Below are positions 50,871 to 61,201 of a stretch of 64,000 bases of DNA, one piece after another (position 1 is the stretch's first letter; each line of letters opens with the position of its first letter). The notes under the pieces are model-generated. The model did no database searches and was not told the origin of the DNA. It saw nothing but the letters and a program-made list of their open reading frames with translations. The DNA is from Cyclobacteriaceae bacterium (GTDB taxonomy: Bacteria > Bacteroidota > Bacteroidia > Cytophagales > Cyclobacteriaceae). The stretch covers positions 62,084 to 126,083 of the forward strand of contig JBGSTJ010000008.1 in the NCBI GenBank assembly GCA_041736555.1. Direction: 5' to 3'. Position numbers and translations under genes: made by a program.

Positions 50871-51829
50871 TGGCCAAAGTTCGATATAGATACAATTCAG
50901 AAACATGTAAATACGAACCGGTAATTATTTCGCCTCGCATTGCCGGTAGAAGACTTCTCATTTTCATGAGCATTTCATTTATCATGGGCTTATGTGGTTT
51001 ACTCTATTTTAACTACAACTTTCCGCTGATTGACGAAACCCTGCAAGCTTCACGAAATCAGAAACTGAAGACGGAGTGGACTGTTTTGTATAAACAACTG
51101 GAACGTACGTCACGGCAGTTGAGTACTCTGGAACACAATGATGATAAAAACTACCGTGTTATTCTGGATCTGGAACCATTGGATCAATCGCAACGGGAAG
51201 CCGGTGTGGGTGGTCATGAAAAAGAAAGCAGTTCTATCCCCTACCCTTTAATACGTACCGCCTATGAGCAAGCCGATAAAATTAAAAATCGATTAGATAT
51301 TGAAGCCCAATCACTTGAGCAATTGTCGAATGAATTGACGCGTAAAGAAAAGATGTGGGCCAGCCGGCCGGCCATACAGCCTGTGAGCAACAAAGACCTT
51401 AAGCACCTACACACCATATTTGGTCTTCGCATGCATCCCTTGCTTGGCTATGTTAGGCCCCACAATGGATTGGACTTTACTGCTCCACAGGGTAGCCCTG
51501 TGTACGCCACCGGAGATGGACGGGTTGACTTTGCACAATTTTCAACTTCTTACGGCAATGTAGTTTATATTAATCATGGCTATCATTTCGAAACCCGTTA
51601 TGCGCATCTCACCAACTTCATTGTGGGTGCCGGACAAACAGTTAAACGTGGCCAAATAATTGGGTATGTTGGCAACACAGGACTTTCTGTATCGGCTCAT
51701 CTCCACTACGAAGTACTTTATAAAAACTCACCTATTAATCCGATTAACTTCTTTCAGCGCGACCTTAATAATAAGGAATATGAAAAGCTGATTGAAGTAG
51801 GAAGCATGGCTACCAGTTCGCTGGATTAA
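50870..51829 (+). CDS. M23-family metallopeptidase (paralogue of the preceding gene)
   Basis: Same architecture. HNGLDF and AHLHYEV. TAATG overlap with the upstream gene. Confidence 0.85.
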   Translation: MAKVRYRYNSETCKYEPVIISPRIAGRRLLIFMSISFIMGLCGLLYFNYNFPLIDETLQASRNQKLKTEWTVLYKQLERTSRQLSTLEHNDDKNYRVILDLEPLDQSQREAGVGGHEKESSSIPYPLIRTAYEQADKIKNRLDIEAQSLEQLSNELTRKEKMWASRPAIQPVSNKDLKHLHTIFGLRMHPLLGYVRPHNGLDFTAPQGSPVYATGDGRVDFAQFSTSYGNVVYINHGYHFETRYAHLTNFIVGAGQTVKRGQIIGYVGNTGLSVSAHLHYEVLYKNSPINPINFFQRDLNNKEYEKLIEVGSMATSSLD

Positions 51830-51889
51830 GTGCGTTTTCATTTCCCTCTTGAAAGACTTCTCCTTTTATTTGCATCCTTTATTTCTATT

Positions 51890-52933
51890 ATGATTCGGAT
51901 CGCGCTTCTATTTACTTTTTTACTTCTCAATGGGTTAGTTACCGCCCAGAAGAAAGATACAGTCACGGTTATTGGGGTTGGTGATATTATGATGGGTAGT
52001 AATTATCCGAATGGAGGGGTGTTGCCGCCCAACGATGGGCTTGAGTTAATGAAGGAAGTAGGACCATTGCTTTCAAGTGCTGATCTCACGATAGGAAATT
52101 TGGAAGGAGTGTTACTGGATGAGGGTGGCACCGCTAAAACCTGTCGCGATCCGAAAGTATGCTATGTTTTTCGTAGCCCGGCCCGGTATGTGCAAAATCT
52201 GGTGAATGCAGGATTTGATGTAATGAGTCTTGCAAACAATCACGCAGGTGACTTTGGCGAATTAGGTAGACAAAGCAGCATGAAAAGTCTGGAGGATGCT
52301 GGTCTGGATCATGCCGGCCAAACCAATCAGCCGTATACAATTATTGAAAGAGATGGAATTCGGTATGGCTTCACTGCTTTTGCTCCTAACAGCAATTGCC
52401 AAAATATTAATGACTTACCCGCAGCCCGCAAAATTGTATCTTACCTCGATTCTCTGACGGATATTGTTATTGTATCCTTTCACGGAGGAGCAGAAGGCCC
52501 TCAACACCAGCATGTGCCCCGTAAAAATGAAATTTTCTATGGTGAAGACCGTGGCGATGTGTATGCATTCGCACATTCGCTTATTGATGAAGGGGCTGAT
52601 ATTATCTTTGGCCACGGACCCCATGTAACGCGGGCTATTGAAGTTTATAAAAATAGGTTTATCGCCTATAGTCTGGGAAATTTTTGCACCTATGGGGGCA
52701 TTAATGTTTCGGGTATTAATGGATTGTCCCCCATTGTTAAGGTTTACACCAATTCGCAAGGTGATTTCTTTAAAGCTCAGATTACCTCAACTTATCAAAC
52801 ACCTCGATCGCCAGTAAAGATTGATTCGCAAAAGCAAGTATTAAAACGGATTCAACAGCTTACTAAAGAGGATTTTCCAGAATGCGAGATAGAATTTGAT
52901 GATTCGGGCTGGGTTTTTAAATCCACAAAATGA
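51890..52933 (+). CDS. CapA-family (poly-gamma-glutamate capsule synthesis-like) metallophosphatase-fold protein
   Basis: Start moved to MIRIALLF (the GTG at 51830 is also possible). GVGDIMMG, GNLEGV, NNHAGDFG and HGGAEG motifs. Confidence 0.8.
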   Translation: MIRIALLFTFLLLNGLVTAQKKDTVTVIGVGDIMMGSNYPNGGVLPPNDGLELMKEVGPLLSSADLTIGNLEGVLLDEGGTAKTCRDPKVCYVFRSPARYVQNLVNAGFDVMSLANNHAGDFGELGRQSSMKSLEDAGLDHAGQTNQPYTIIERDGIRYGFTAFAPNSNCQNINDLPAARKIVSYLDSLTDIVIVSFHGGAEGPQHQHVPRKNEIFYGEDRGDVYAFAHSLIDEGADIIFGHGPHVTRAIEVYKNRFIAYSLGNFCTYGGINVSGINGLSPIVKVYTNSQGDFFKAQITSTYQTPRSPVKIDSQKQVLKRIQQLTKEDFPECEIEFDDSGWVFKSTK

Positions 52934-53048
52934 TGTGAATAGGTTGTCGATAAAAAAATTAGGCAACATTGCTTGAAGTTTAAAGAATTGTTACTTTGCA
53001 TGATGATCGTTGGCAAAAAGCGATCAGTTATCGGCCCCTCAATCCCTC

Positions 53049-53384
53049 ATGGCGTATAAAGAAAAAGAAATTGAGAAGATATATTATTCAATCGGTGAAG
53101 TAGCCGAGATGTTTAATGTAGCTCCCTCCCTGATACGCTTCTGGGAATCAGAATTTGAACTCATACAGCCTAAGAAAAATCGCAAAGGCAATCGCCAGTT
53201 TACTAAAGATGACATTGATCATGTGCGCACTATCTTTCATCTGGTGAAAGAGAAAGGATTTACACTTCAGGGTGCGAAAGAGATGTTAAAAAATGATAGC
53301 CAATCCGTCCGCGATAAGATGGATCTCATGGAATCACTTAAAAAGGTGCGCCAATTTTTGGTGCAGATTCGCGAAAAACTCTAA
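53049..53384 (+). CDS. MerR-family transcriptional regulator
   Basis: YSIGEVAEMFNVAPSLIRFWESEF helix-turn-helix. Start moved from the TTG at 53010 to the ATG at 53049. Confidence 0.8.
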   Translation: MAYKEKEIEKIYYSIGEVAEMFNVAPSLIRFWESEFELIQPKKNRKGNRQFTKDDIDHVRTIFHLVKEKGFTLQGAKEMLKNDSQSVRDKMDLMESLKKVRQFLVQIREKL

Positions 53385-53440
53385 TCAGATTCCCAAGTTT
53401 ACGGTAGATTCTTTAATTTCAGAATTCCCAAATCGAATTC

Positions 53441-54538
53441 ATGGATCAGGAACGCGTTTCATTGCTTGCTCTACACTTGACACCTGGTATAGGTGACTTC
53501 CTGGTAAAACAACTGGTAAGTTATTGTGGCTCAGCCGGGCAAGTGTTTACAACCCCCAAAGGAAAACTCCTTAAGATACCCGGTGTAGGCGAAATCTCTG
53601 CGGACGCTATTAAAAATGGAAAGACATTTCAAGACGCAGAACGTGAACTTGCAAAAGCCGAAAAGAACGACACTGAAGTTCTGTTCTTTACAGATAAAAA
53701 ATATCCCCACCGATTAAAAGCCATTGACGATGCACCGGCAGTTCTCTATTATAAAGGAAATCAAAACCTGAATGTCGCAAAGTCCGTGGGTATCGTTGGA
53801 ACCCGGCAAGCAACAGAGTATGGTAAAGAAGTAGTGGAGAAGATTTGTCAGGAACTGGTGCCACACAAAGCGCTAATTGTAAGCGGCCTCGCTTATGGAA
53901 TTGATATAAATGCGCACAAGTGTGCTCTGAAGCATGGGCTTGCTACCATAGGTGTGATGGGCAGTGGTATGGACATTATTTATCCGGCTGTTCACAAAGA
54001 CACCGCAAAAAAAATGGTTAGCCAAGGTGGATTAATTACTGAAAATCATTTTGGCACCAAACCTGATGCCCATAATTTTCCGGCACGTAACCGAATCATT
54101 GCAGGTTTATGCGATGCCTTAATTGTAGTGGAAGCAGCCGAAAAAGGTGGTGCTTTGATAACTGCAGACATAGCAAACACCTACAACAAGGACGTTTTTG
54201 CTGTGCCTGGTAATCTGGGTCAAACCTACTCTGATGGTTGTAATAAGTTGATCAAAATAAACAAAGCCAATGTATATACTTCCGTGAAGGACCTTGAATA
54301 CATTATGAATTGGTCTGGTGAAACAAGTGGAGTACAAACGACATTAGACCTGCAACAATTTGAACCGGAAGAACAAAAAGTGATTGCGATACTGAAAGAA
54401 CGAAATGCACCCGTAATGATTGATGAACTTAGTTTTAAATCCTCTCTGCCACCCAGTCAACTGGCATCGCTCCTGCTAACCCTCGAATTTAAAAATGCGG
54501 TAAAGTCACTTCCTGGTAAAATGTTCACACTAAAGTAG
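53441..54538 (+). CDS. dprA: DNA-processing protein A
   Basis: N-terminal SAM-like region, a Rossmann-like core (GIVGTR, SGLAYGID, FPARNRIIAG) and a C-terminal wHTH. Confidence 0.9.
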   Translation: MDQERVSLLALHLTPGIGDFLVKQLVSYCGSAGQVFTTPKGKLLKIPGVGEISADAIKNGKTFQDAERELAKAEKNDTEVLFFTDKKYPHRLKAIDDAPAVLYYKGNQNLNVAKSVGIVGTRQATEYGKEVVEKICQELVPHKALIVSGLAYGIDINAHKCALKHGLATIGVMGSGMDIIYPAVHKDTAKKMVSQGGLITENHFGTKPDAHNFPARNRIIAGLCDALIVVEAAEKGGALITADIANTYNKDVFAVPGNLGQTYSDGCNKLIKINKANVYTSVKDLEYIMNWSGETSGVQTTLDLQQFEPEEQKVIAILKERNAPVMIDELSFKSSLPPSQLASLLLTLEFKNAVKSLPGKMFTLK

Positions 54539-54591
54539 TCTCATCACAAATCGGGTTATAGACTATTAAAGTATCATGTGACCAAGCTTTG

Positions 54592-55440
54592 TTAATGAGG
54601 AAAAATCTGATCCGCCATAGCCAAAGCAACTGAAAATTCGTGGCGATCTAATGGGGGAGCATCTTGTTTTGAATCCAGAAAAGATAAAATTGTTTCCGTA
54701 GCCATATTCCCTACCAGATCATCTTTGGCCATGGGGCAACCACCAAAACCTCTTATTGCGCCATCAAATCGCTGGCAACCTGATCGATAGGCAGCCTCAA
54801 TTTTTTCAACACGAGTAGCTGGAACTGAATGAAGATGGACGCCAAATTCAATGTTGGTAAATTTCTTTGTCAGTGATTTAAATAAATATTCAATCTGGGT
54901 TGGTTCAGAAACACCAATGGTATCGGCCAAAGAAACAATCTCAATTTCAAGGGTAGCAAGGATGTCTGTAAACTGTTCAACAATGGCTACATCATAGGGA
55001 TCATTGTAGGGATTTCCAAAACCCATACTAATATAGACTACCTGCTTTTTGTTATGCTTGACACATAATTCCTGAATTTCATTTACGGTATTTAAAGCTT
55101 CGGCAATCGACTTGTTCGTATTTCTTTGCTGAAACGTTTCGGAGATCGATAATGGAAAGCCTAAGTAACTAATCTGCTCAAACTTACAAGCCTCTTCGGC
55201 ACCCCGTTGATTTGCAACAATAGCCAACAGCTTGGACTTACTCTTAGACAAATTTAACCTACTTAAAACCTCGGCTGTATCGCGCATTTGTGGAATAGCC
55301 TTGTGCGATACAAAACTGCCACAATCAAGCGTGTCGAAGCCTACCTTTAGTAACTGATTAAGGTAACCTACTTTCTGATCGGTAGGAATAAATGGGTCGA
55401 GGCCCTGCATGGCATCCCGCGGACATTCTATGATCTTCAT
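54592..55440 (-). CDS. hydroxymethylglutaryl-CoA lyase-like (HMGL/DRE-TIM) enzyme
   Basis: IIECPRDAMQG start, TIM-barrel pattern with HLH near the C-terminal half. ATG at 55440 preferred to the TTG at 55449. Confidence 0.82.
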   Translation of the reverse strand: MKIIECPRDAMQGLDPFIPTDQKVGYLNQLLKVGFDTLDCGSFVSHKAIPQMRDTAEVLSRLNLSKSKSKLLAIVANQRGAEEACKFEQISYLGFPLSISETFQQRNTNKSIAEALNTVNEIQELCVKHNKKQVVYISMGFGNPYNDPYDVAIVEQFTDILATLEIEIVSLADTIGVSEPTQIEYLFKSLTKKFTNIEFGVHLHSVPATRVEKIEAAYRSGCQRFDGAIRGFGGCPMAKDDLVGNMATETILSFLDSKQDAPPLDRHEFSVALAMADQIFPH

Positions 55441-55585
55441 GTTATCCAAAAGTTAAACAAAAGTAGGGTAACTCAAGGTCAAGGAAAAATACATACAACT
55501 GTCGTGGATAAATGCTATTTAACTGGAAAATTGGATTAAATTTTAAATGAGATGGATTAACTTGTCGAGAGAATAATTTTTACCC

Positions 55586-57364
55586 ATGCCTTTACCTTCC
55601 TTTGGTGGCTCCTTAGGTTATAAAAGAGCCGCACACTTATTGCACAGGGCCTCGTTTGGCCCTACCAAATTGCAGATAGATTCTTTTGCAACCCTTACGG
55701 CCAATCAGGCAGTTCAATTATTATTTCAACAGCCACTCCCCGATCCGGCTTTGCCGATTGATCCGGAAACTGGAACGGAATGGGTGCTAACCGGAACTAC
55801 TGACGCCAATAGTGGCGACAGTGATTTACAGGAATTTTTTAAAGGTTGGTTTATCGGGCAAATGCTGGGTATCGGTGTTCCGGCCGGAAATTCATTAGCC
55901 TACGCAACGCGTGAGAAAATTGTTTTCTTTCTACATACTGTCTTTACCACTATTCAATCCAAAGTTGATAATAGTCGCTCGCTCTACTTTCAAAATCAGC
56001 TTTACAGAAAATTTGCTTTTGATAAAACACTCTTACCTGATTACAACATCAAAGAACTTACCAAAAAGATAAGTGTAGACAATGCTATGCTGCGCCTGCT
56101 GGATGGCAACCTGAATGTAAATGGCAGTGTAAATGAAAATTATGGCCGCGAACTATTAGAACTCTACTCGATTGGTCGTGGATTAGAAGGAACGTTGCCG
56201 CCCGCTACGGTGCCTGGTGACTATATCAATTTTAAAGAACAAGATGTGCGGGCAGCTGCGCAGGTTCTATCGGGTTGGGAACTGGATACAACGTTTTCAA
56301 CGATAGATGATACGGTAGATTTAGATCTTGCAGGCACAATAAAACTTCCTCGCGGGAAAGTGAGAGGCAGCATTACCAATGCCAGTGCTCATGACAATAC
56401 AGTAAAACAATTTAGCGAACGATTTGATAACGCTACAATTCAGGCCGATCCATTGCTTTTAAATGGTACCAACGCAACGGAAGAAAGCGCTTTAGATGAA
56501 ATTGACCAATTGATTGAACTTATCTATTCAAAACCAGAAACGGCAAGAAACTTTTGCCGCAGGATCTATCGCTTCTTTGTGTATCATGAAATAACGCAAG
56601 CTACCGATGACACGATCATCGCTGAAATGGCCAATACTTTTGCATCGAATAACTATAAAATTCAACCGGTACTGGAAGACTTATTCCAAAGTCAACACTT
56701 TTACGATGCTGCTGCCGGTGTAAACGATGATAACTTTGGAGGTATTATAAAATCGCCACTCGATTTAATGGTTGGTACCATGCGCATTTTTGATATCCAA
56801 CTTCCCGATCCAGTAGCAAATGCTGAGTCCTACTATGAAAAAACAGGTGAACTAATCGGCACCCTTCAGGATATGGGTATGCATTTTTACGAACCCTTTG
56901 ATGTTGCCGGATATGATGCCTATCATCAATATCCCATCTACCATCGCAGTTGGATCTCAACCAACTACCTGACACGCAGGTATGAATTTATCCGCAACCT
57001 GGTATCCAACAATCAAATGATGCCGGGTGAGTTAAACATCGATGTTGTGGCGTTTGTACAGAACAATATAAGTAATGCTGTTGCCTCAGACGCCCGTGCT
57101 TTAATTATAGAACTGGCAAAGTATTTTCTACCGATGGCTGAGAACCTGACTTTTGATCCGGCTCTGGATGATAATGCCGGCTTAACGGCCGAACGATTAA
57201 ATTATTTCCTAACAGCATTTTTAAAATCGCCTCAAATCGATGGCGACCCGGAAGGCGCCTGGACATTCCGGTGGAATAATCCGGTGGACATGGAAGTAGT
57301 CCGCAGGCAACTGGAGAATCTGTTTAATGCCATGTTACAATCACCTGAATATCAACTTTACTAA
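55586..57364 (+). CDS. DUF1800 family protein
   Basis: HLL.RASFGP N-terminal motif and overall length typical of DUF1800. No signal peptide visible. Confidence 0.72.
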   Translation: MPLPSFGGSLGYKRAAHLLHRASFGPTKLQIDSFATLTANQAVQLLFQQPLPDPALPIDPETGTEWVLTGTTDANSGDSDLQEFFKGWFIGQMLGIGVPAGNSLAYATREKIVFFLHTVFTTIQSKVDNSRSLYFQNQLYRKFAFDKTLLPDYNIKELTKKISVDNAMLRLLDGNLNVNGSVNENYGRELLELYSIGRGLEGTLPPATVPGDYINFKEQDVRAAAQVLSGWELDTTFSTIDDTVDLDLAGTIKLPRGKVRGSITNASAHDNTVKQFSERFDNATIQADPLLLNGTNATEESALDEIDQLIELIYSKPETARNFCRRIYRFFVYHEITQATDDTIIAEMANTFASNNYKIQPVLEDLFQSQHFYDAAAGVNDDNFGGIIKSPLDLMVGTMRIFDIQLPDPVANAESYYEKTGELIGTLQDMGMHFYEPFDVAGYDAYHQYPIYHRSWISTNYLTRRYEFIRNLVSNNQMMPGELNIDVVAFVQNNISNAVASDARALIIELAKYFLPMAENLTFDPALDDNAGLTAERLNYFLTAFLKSPQIDGDPEGAWTFRWNNPVDMEVVRRQLENLFNAMLQSPEYQLY

Positions 57365-57372
57365 CGCCAAGG

Positions 57373-59091
57373 ATGAAACGTAGAAATTTTGTAAAGAAAC
57401 TTTCCCTCGCTGCTTTACCTTTTACACTTGGTGGAATACCGCTTCGCTTAATGGCAGAGAATTCTCTTACCCGGATGGCGGGGCAAAGTACCAACGATCG
57501 GGTGCTCATCATTCTTCAGCTTCATGGTGGTAATGACGGACTTAACAGCATTATACCTGTAGAAGCTTACGACCTATATTATCAGTGGCGGGCTAACATC
57601 GCTATCCCGGCCAAGAACAGCCTGCGCAAAATGATTGCCCTCGACAGTACACTTCCTGCCGATGCGCAAGTGGGATTGCATCCGGATATGATTGCGATGA
57701 AAGATCTTTACGATCGGGGTAGAATGGCCGTGGTTCAAGGCGTATCGTACAAAAATAATAACGGGTCGCACTTTCGTGGAAGAGACATTTCGTTTATGGG
57801 TGGTGGCTTTGACGATTATTTCTCATCGGGCTGGGTGGGTCGTTATCTGCAGCAAGAATTTGAACCTAAAATTTATCCCAACGATTTTCCGAATCCTGAA
57901 ATGCAGGATCCACTCGCTATAGAGATGGGAAGCGATGTTTCATTAATCTTTCATCAGGCTGGCAACATTCCAACTTCCATTTCATTAAATAACCCGGAAA
58001 GCTTTGCACGATTGGTTGATGAGTTGGAAGGATTTACTGACGAAGGAGTGGATCCACGAGGTAAACCACCCACCGCGTTAGATAATTCACCTTATGGAAA
58101 AGAACTCAATTGGATTTTAGGTCTTGAAGAAAAATCAGAAGACTACGCCCAACGACTTTATGATGTTTACCGCAATGCGCCACTCTCTTCAGTAACTTAT
58201 CCCGAGCGGTATCCCTTCAACGCACCTCGGGGCAGCATGCGAAATGGATTAACTCCACAACTTCAGTTAATCGCCCGTTTGCTGGATGGTGGTGGTCCGG
58301 GTTTGGGTGTTAAAACAAAAGTTTTTCTTGTGAAAATGGGTGGCTTCGATACCCATGCCGAGCAAGTGGAAAGTTATGATCCGACTATGGGCCAGCATGC
58401 CGCATTAATGTATCACATCTCTTCGGCTATGAAAGCCTTTCAAGATGATCTCAAAGCCCGGGGTCTTGAAGATCGTGTGTTAACAGTTACTACTTCAGAA
58501 TTTGGAAGACGTGTGCGCGCCAATGGCAGTTATGGTACCGATCATGGTACGGGTGCTCCTGTTATGATTTTTGGTAAAGGAGTGCAACCGGGTGTAGTGG
58601 GTAAAGTGCCCGATCTAAACTTGCAGAATGTAGAGATGCAATATGATTATCGGCAGGTGTACGCCAATCTGTTACGCGATTGGATGCTGGTAGATGAAGC
58701 GAAAATCAATAACGATATTTTCTTTAAAGATTTTATCAATGGCCCCAAAGAAGATGGCTCTGGTAACTATGAGCCCATGCCTTTGGCTACGCAGGTAATA
58801 TCGGGTGTACAAGAAAATTTTATTGGTAATCGATTTAGCCTGGGTGACTGTTATCCTAACCCCGCCCATGCTTTTACCAATATTGAGTTCAAAATTAACA
58901 ACACCAACCTGGTTGATATTTCACTTAAAAATAGTAAGGGCCAACTGATTAAAAGTTTGTTACATGAAGAGCGAACGGAGGGAACACATGTTATTAAAGC
59001 GGATGTGTCGGATTTGCCCGCAGGCATCTATTTTTATCAAATGAAAACAGGATTTTTTAACGAAAGCAAAAAACTCATTGTAATCCGATAA
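57373..59091 (+). CDS. DUF1501 (sulfatase-fold) protein with Tat signal and T9SS type A C-terminal sorting domain
   Basis: KRRNFVKK twin-arginine motif plus h-region, a GGNDGLN and TDHG core, and the tail CYPNP...AGIYFYQMKT...KLIVIR. Confidence 0.8.
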   Translation: MKRRNFVKKLSLAALPFTLGGIPLRLMAENSLTRMAGQSTNDRVLIILQLHGGNDGLNSIIPVEAYDLYYQWRANIAIPAKNSLRKMIALDSTLPADAQVGLHPDMIAMKDLYDRGRMAVVQGVSYKNNNGSHFRGRDISFMGGGFDDYFSSGWVGRYLQQEFEPKIYPNDFPNPEMQDPLAIEMGSDVSLIFHQAGNIPTSISLNNPESFARLVDELEGFTDEGVDPRGKPPTALDNSPYGKELNWILGLEEKSEDYAQRLYDVYRNAPLSSVTYPERYPFNAPRGSMRNGLTPQLQLIARLLDGGGPGLGVKTKVFLVKMGGFDTHAEQVESYDPTMGQHAALMYHISSAMKAFQDDLKARGLEDRVLTVTTSEFGRRVRANGSYGTDHGTGAPVMIFGKGVQPGVVGKVPDLNLQNVEMQYDYRQVYANLLRDWMLVDEAKINNDIFFKDFINGPKEDGSGNYEPMPLATQVISGVQENFIGNRFSLGDCYPNPAHAFTNIEFKINNTNLVDISLKNSKGQLIKSLLHEERTEGTHVIKADVSDLPAGIYFYQMKTGFFNESKKLIVIR

Positions 59092-59094
59092 TCC

Positions 59095-59967
59095 ATGAAG
59101 CAACTTTTTACGATTCTTATGCTCTTAGCTGTATGCCTGAGTTCGTCAGCTCAAACAAAACGAAAGCAAGGTGGATTGGCAGCCAAACCAAGTCAACAAA
59201 ATAAATTTTTGGAGAAACAATGGTGGTTGGGCTTCAAAGCTGGTACAAATCTATCCGAAGCCTCGCCCATTAAACGCTACGCGGTAATGACCCCAACGAA
59301 CTATGCCGTTGCACTTACTGACAAGTCGTATGATTCATTCAGCAAAACCGGTAGTCAGGCAACGCTGGAGGCAACGTTTTACTTTAAAGGGTTCTCATTC
59401 AGCGTACAGCCTACCTATCGTCATAGTCGCTTTAGTTATTCCAACCAATTTCAATGGGATAACCCGGAAAACCCTGCCGAACGTCTTGTGTTGGAATACG
59501 ATCAGGAGCAGAAAATTGATTATGCAGATTTTCCACTAATAGTAAAGTATGATATCCTTCGAAGTAAACTAAGGCCATACGTTCAGGCAGGAATCTTTTA
59601 TTCTTTGCTTATCAATGCAAATAAGTCTGTACAAGTTACAGGCACCGATTATGCATCCGGGGGCACCAATCAATTTACCAATGAACCAATTATTGTAGGC
59701 GCCAAAGATTTATTCGACAACTATTGGGGCTTGATGGCGGGTGCCGGAGTTGATTATAATTTTGGTAACGTTCGGGTGGTATTAGATGCCTCCTATTGGA
59801 AAGGTATGAGCAATATTACCAACGTTGATAACCGATTTGGTAACGATCGGTTGGCAGGCATTGGCGATGCCCAGGATGATCTTGACCTAAATAACATAGT
59901 CATTTCAGCGGGAGTTTTATTCCCTATGCGTTTTCTGAGTAATAGCTTCAAAACATTAGATCGTTAA
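59095..59967 (+). CDS. outer-membrane beta-barrel protein (porin-family/PorT-like)
   Basis: Signal peptide ending SSAQ. Alternating amphipathic strands with aromatic girdle residues. Confidence 0.62.
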   Translation: MKQLFTILMLLAVCLSSSAQTKRKQGGLAAKPSQQNKFLEKQWWLGFKAGTNLSEASPIKRYAVMTPTNYAVALTDKSYDSFSKTGSQATLEATFYFKGFSFSVQPTYRHSRFSYSNQFQWDNPENPAERLVLEYDQEQKIDYADFPLIVKYDILRSKLRPYVQAGIFYSLLINANKSVQVTGTDYASGGTNQFTNEPIIVGAKDLFDNYWGLMAGAGVDYNFGNVRVVLDASYWKGMSNITNVDNRFGNDRLAGIGDAQDDLDLNNIVISAGVLFPMRFLSNSFKTLDR

Positions 59968-59970
59968 TTT

Positions 59971-61158
59971 ATGCGTTCCTTCTTACTACTTTTTACAAGT
60001 TTGGTTCTGCTGGCAGGTTGTTCCAACGAATCCGATCCGGCTTCTGATAAATCAAGTTTCACTCGCATTTATGATAATGATCAGTTTACAGCATCCTTCC
60101 ATCCCATTGATATAAAACAAACACCGGATGGCGGCTATTTGATTTTGGGTAGACGTAGAATTCAGGATTCGAACTTTAGTGGTGTATACATCATGAAGGT
60201 AGATGAGTTCGGAGCTTTCATTTCGGAGCAGGAAGTAGATGAGGGTTTTGTTAATCCGATTGGTCCTTTACTTGAAAGCGGTGGCAACTATTTCTTCTTT
60301 TGTATGACTCCGGTAGGATTACAAACCCAATTACTCAGCATGGATGCTGAAGGCAGCTTAAGCGACCCTATCAGTATAGGAGGTTCTTATCCGGCTGCCG
60401 CTGCTGCCGATAATGGAAATTTTCTCTTACTCAGTTACGATAATCTTAATAAACAGAGTGTAGTTTCTATAGTAACTCCTTCCGGTTCCATCAATCAATC
60501 CAAAGGTTTTAGTATTGGAGCTGGAGATGCCGTGGAAGAGCCTATCATCACTCACTTTTTGGGCACCGGAAAACAACAGCCTTTTTTAGTTGGAAGAAAT
60601 ACCGCTGGTCAATACTACTTCAATGGTTTTTATAACTACACGTTGTCGCTTGTATTTACCAATCTTGCAGATGATGATCCTCAAGGTGTAATTCAAGGAC
60701 AACAGGATGATGGTGGCTTAAGCCAGGTGGTGCCGTTGGATGGAGGTAAGTTTGCCTTGGCACGATTCAACTTTGGTGATAACTACTTTTTGCCCAATGC
60801 TACAATCAATACTTCGGGTGTTAGTTCAAGTACTGATCTAGGTGGTTTTTTGTTCCCCGAATTAGTAAGCAATGCTCCTGTAAAAATTCTACGCGCTACT
60901 ATAGGTACCAAAAAGGTAGCGCTTTATGGAAGTGATACCAGGAGCAGTCAAATAGCACTCTATGGCTATGATGAAAGTAACGGTGAATTTATTGGTAGTA
61001 GTTACCTGGGGTTCTCTAATCCGTTTGAGATCGCTGCTGTTGTATCCACGCTCGATGGAGGTCTGGCTGTTTGTGGAACCACCTATGTGGCAGGTCGTTT
61101 TCCGCGTATCTGTCTTTTCAAGTTATCAAAAGAAGAAGTAGCCGAGTCATTCCAGTAA
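59971..61158 (+). CDS. hypothetical lipoprotein
   Basis: Lipobox LLAGC. Repetitive beta-rich sequence, possibly a propeller. Confidence 0.6.
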   Translation: MRSFLLLFTSLVLLAGCSNESDPASDKSSFTRIYDNDQFTASFHPIDIKQTPDGGYLILGRRRIQDSNFSGVYIMKVDEFGAFISEQEVDEGFVNPIGPLLESGGNYFFFCMTPVGLQTQLLSMDAEGSLSDPISIGGSYPAAAAADNGNFLLLSYDNLNKQSVVSIVTPSGSINQSKGFSIGAGDAVEEPIITHFLGTGKQQPFLVGRNTAGQYYFNGFYNYTLSLVFTNLADDDPQGVIQGQQDDGGLSQVVPLDGGKFALARFNFGDNYFLPNATINTSGVSSSTDLGGFLFPELVSNAPVKILRATIGTKKVALYGSDTRSSQIALYGYDESNGEFIGSSYLGFSNPFEIAAVVSTLDGGLAVCGTTYVAGRFPRICLFKLSKEEVAESFQ

Positions 61159-61201
61159 TCATTTCTTTATTTCATTAGATTTTTCGTCCTTGGTCACCAA
61201 T

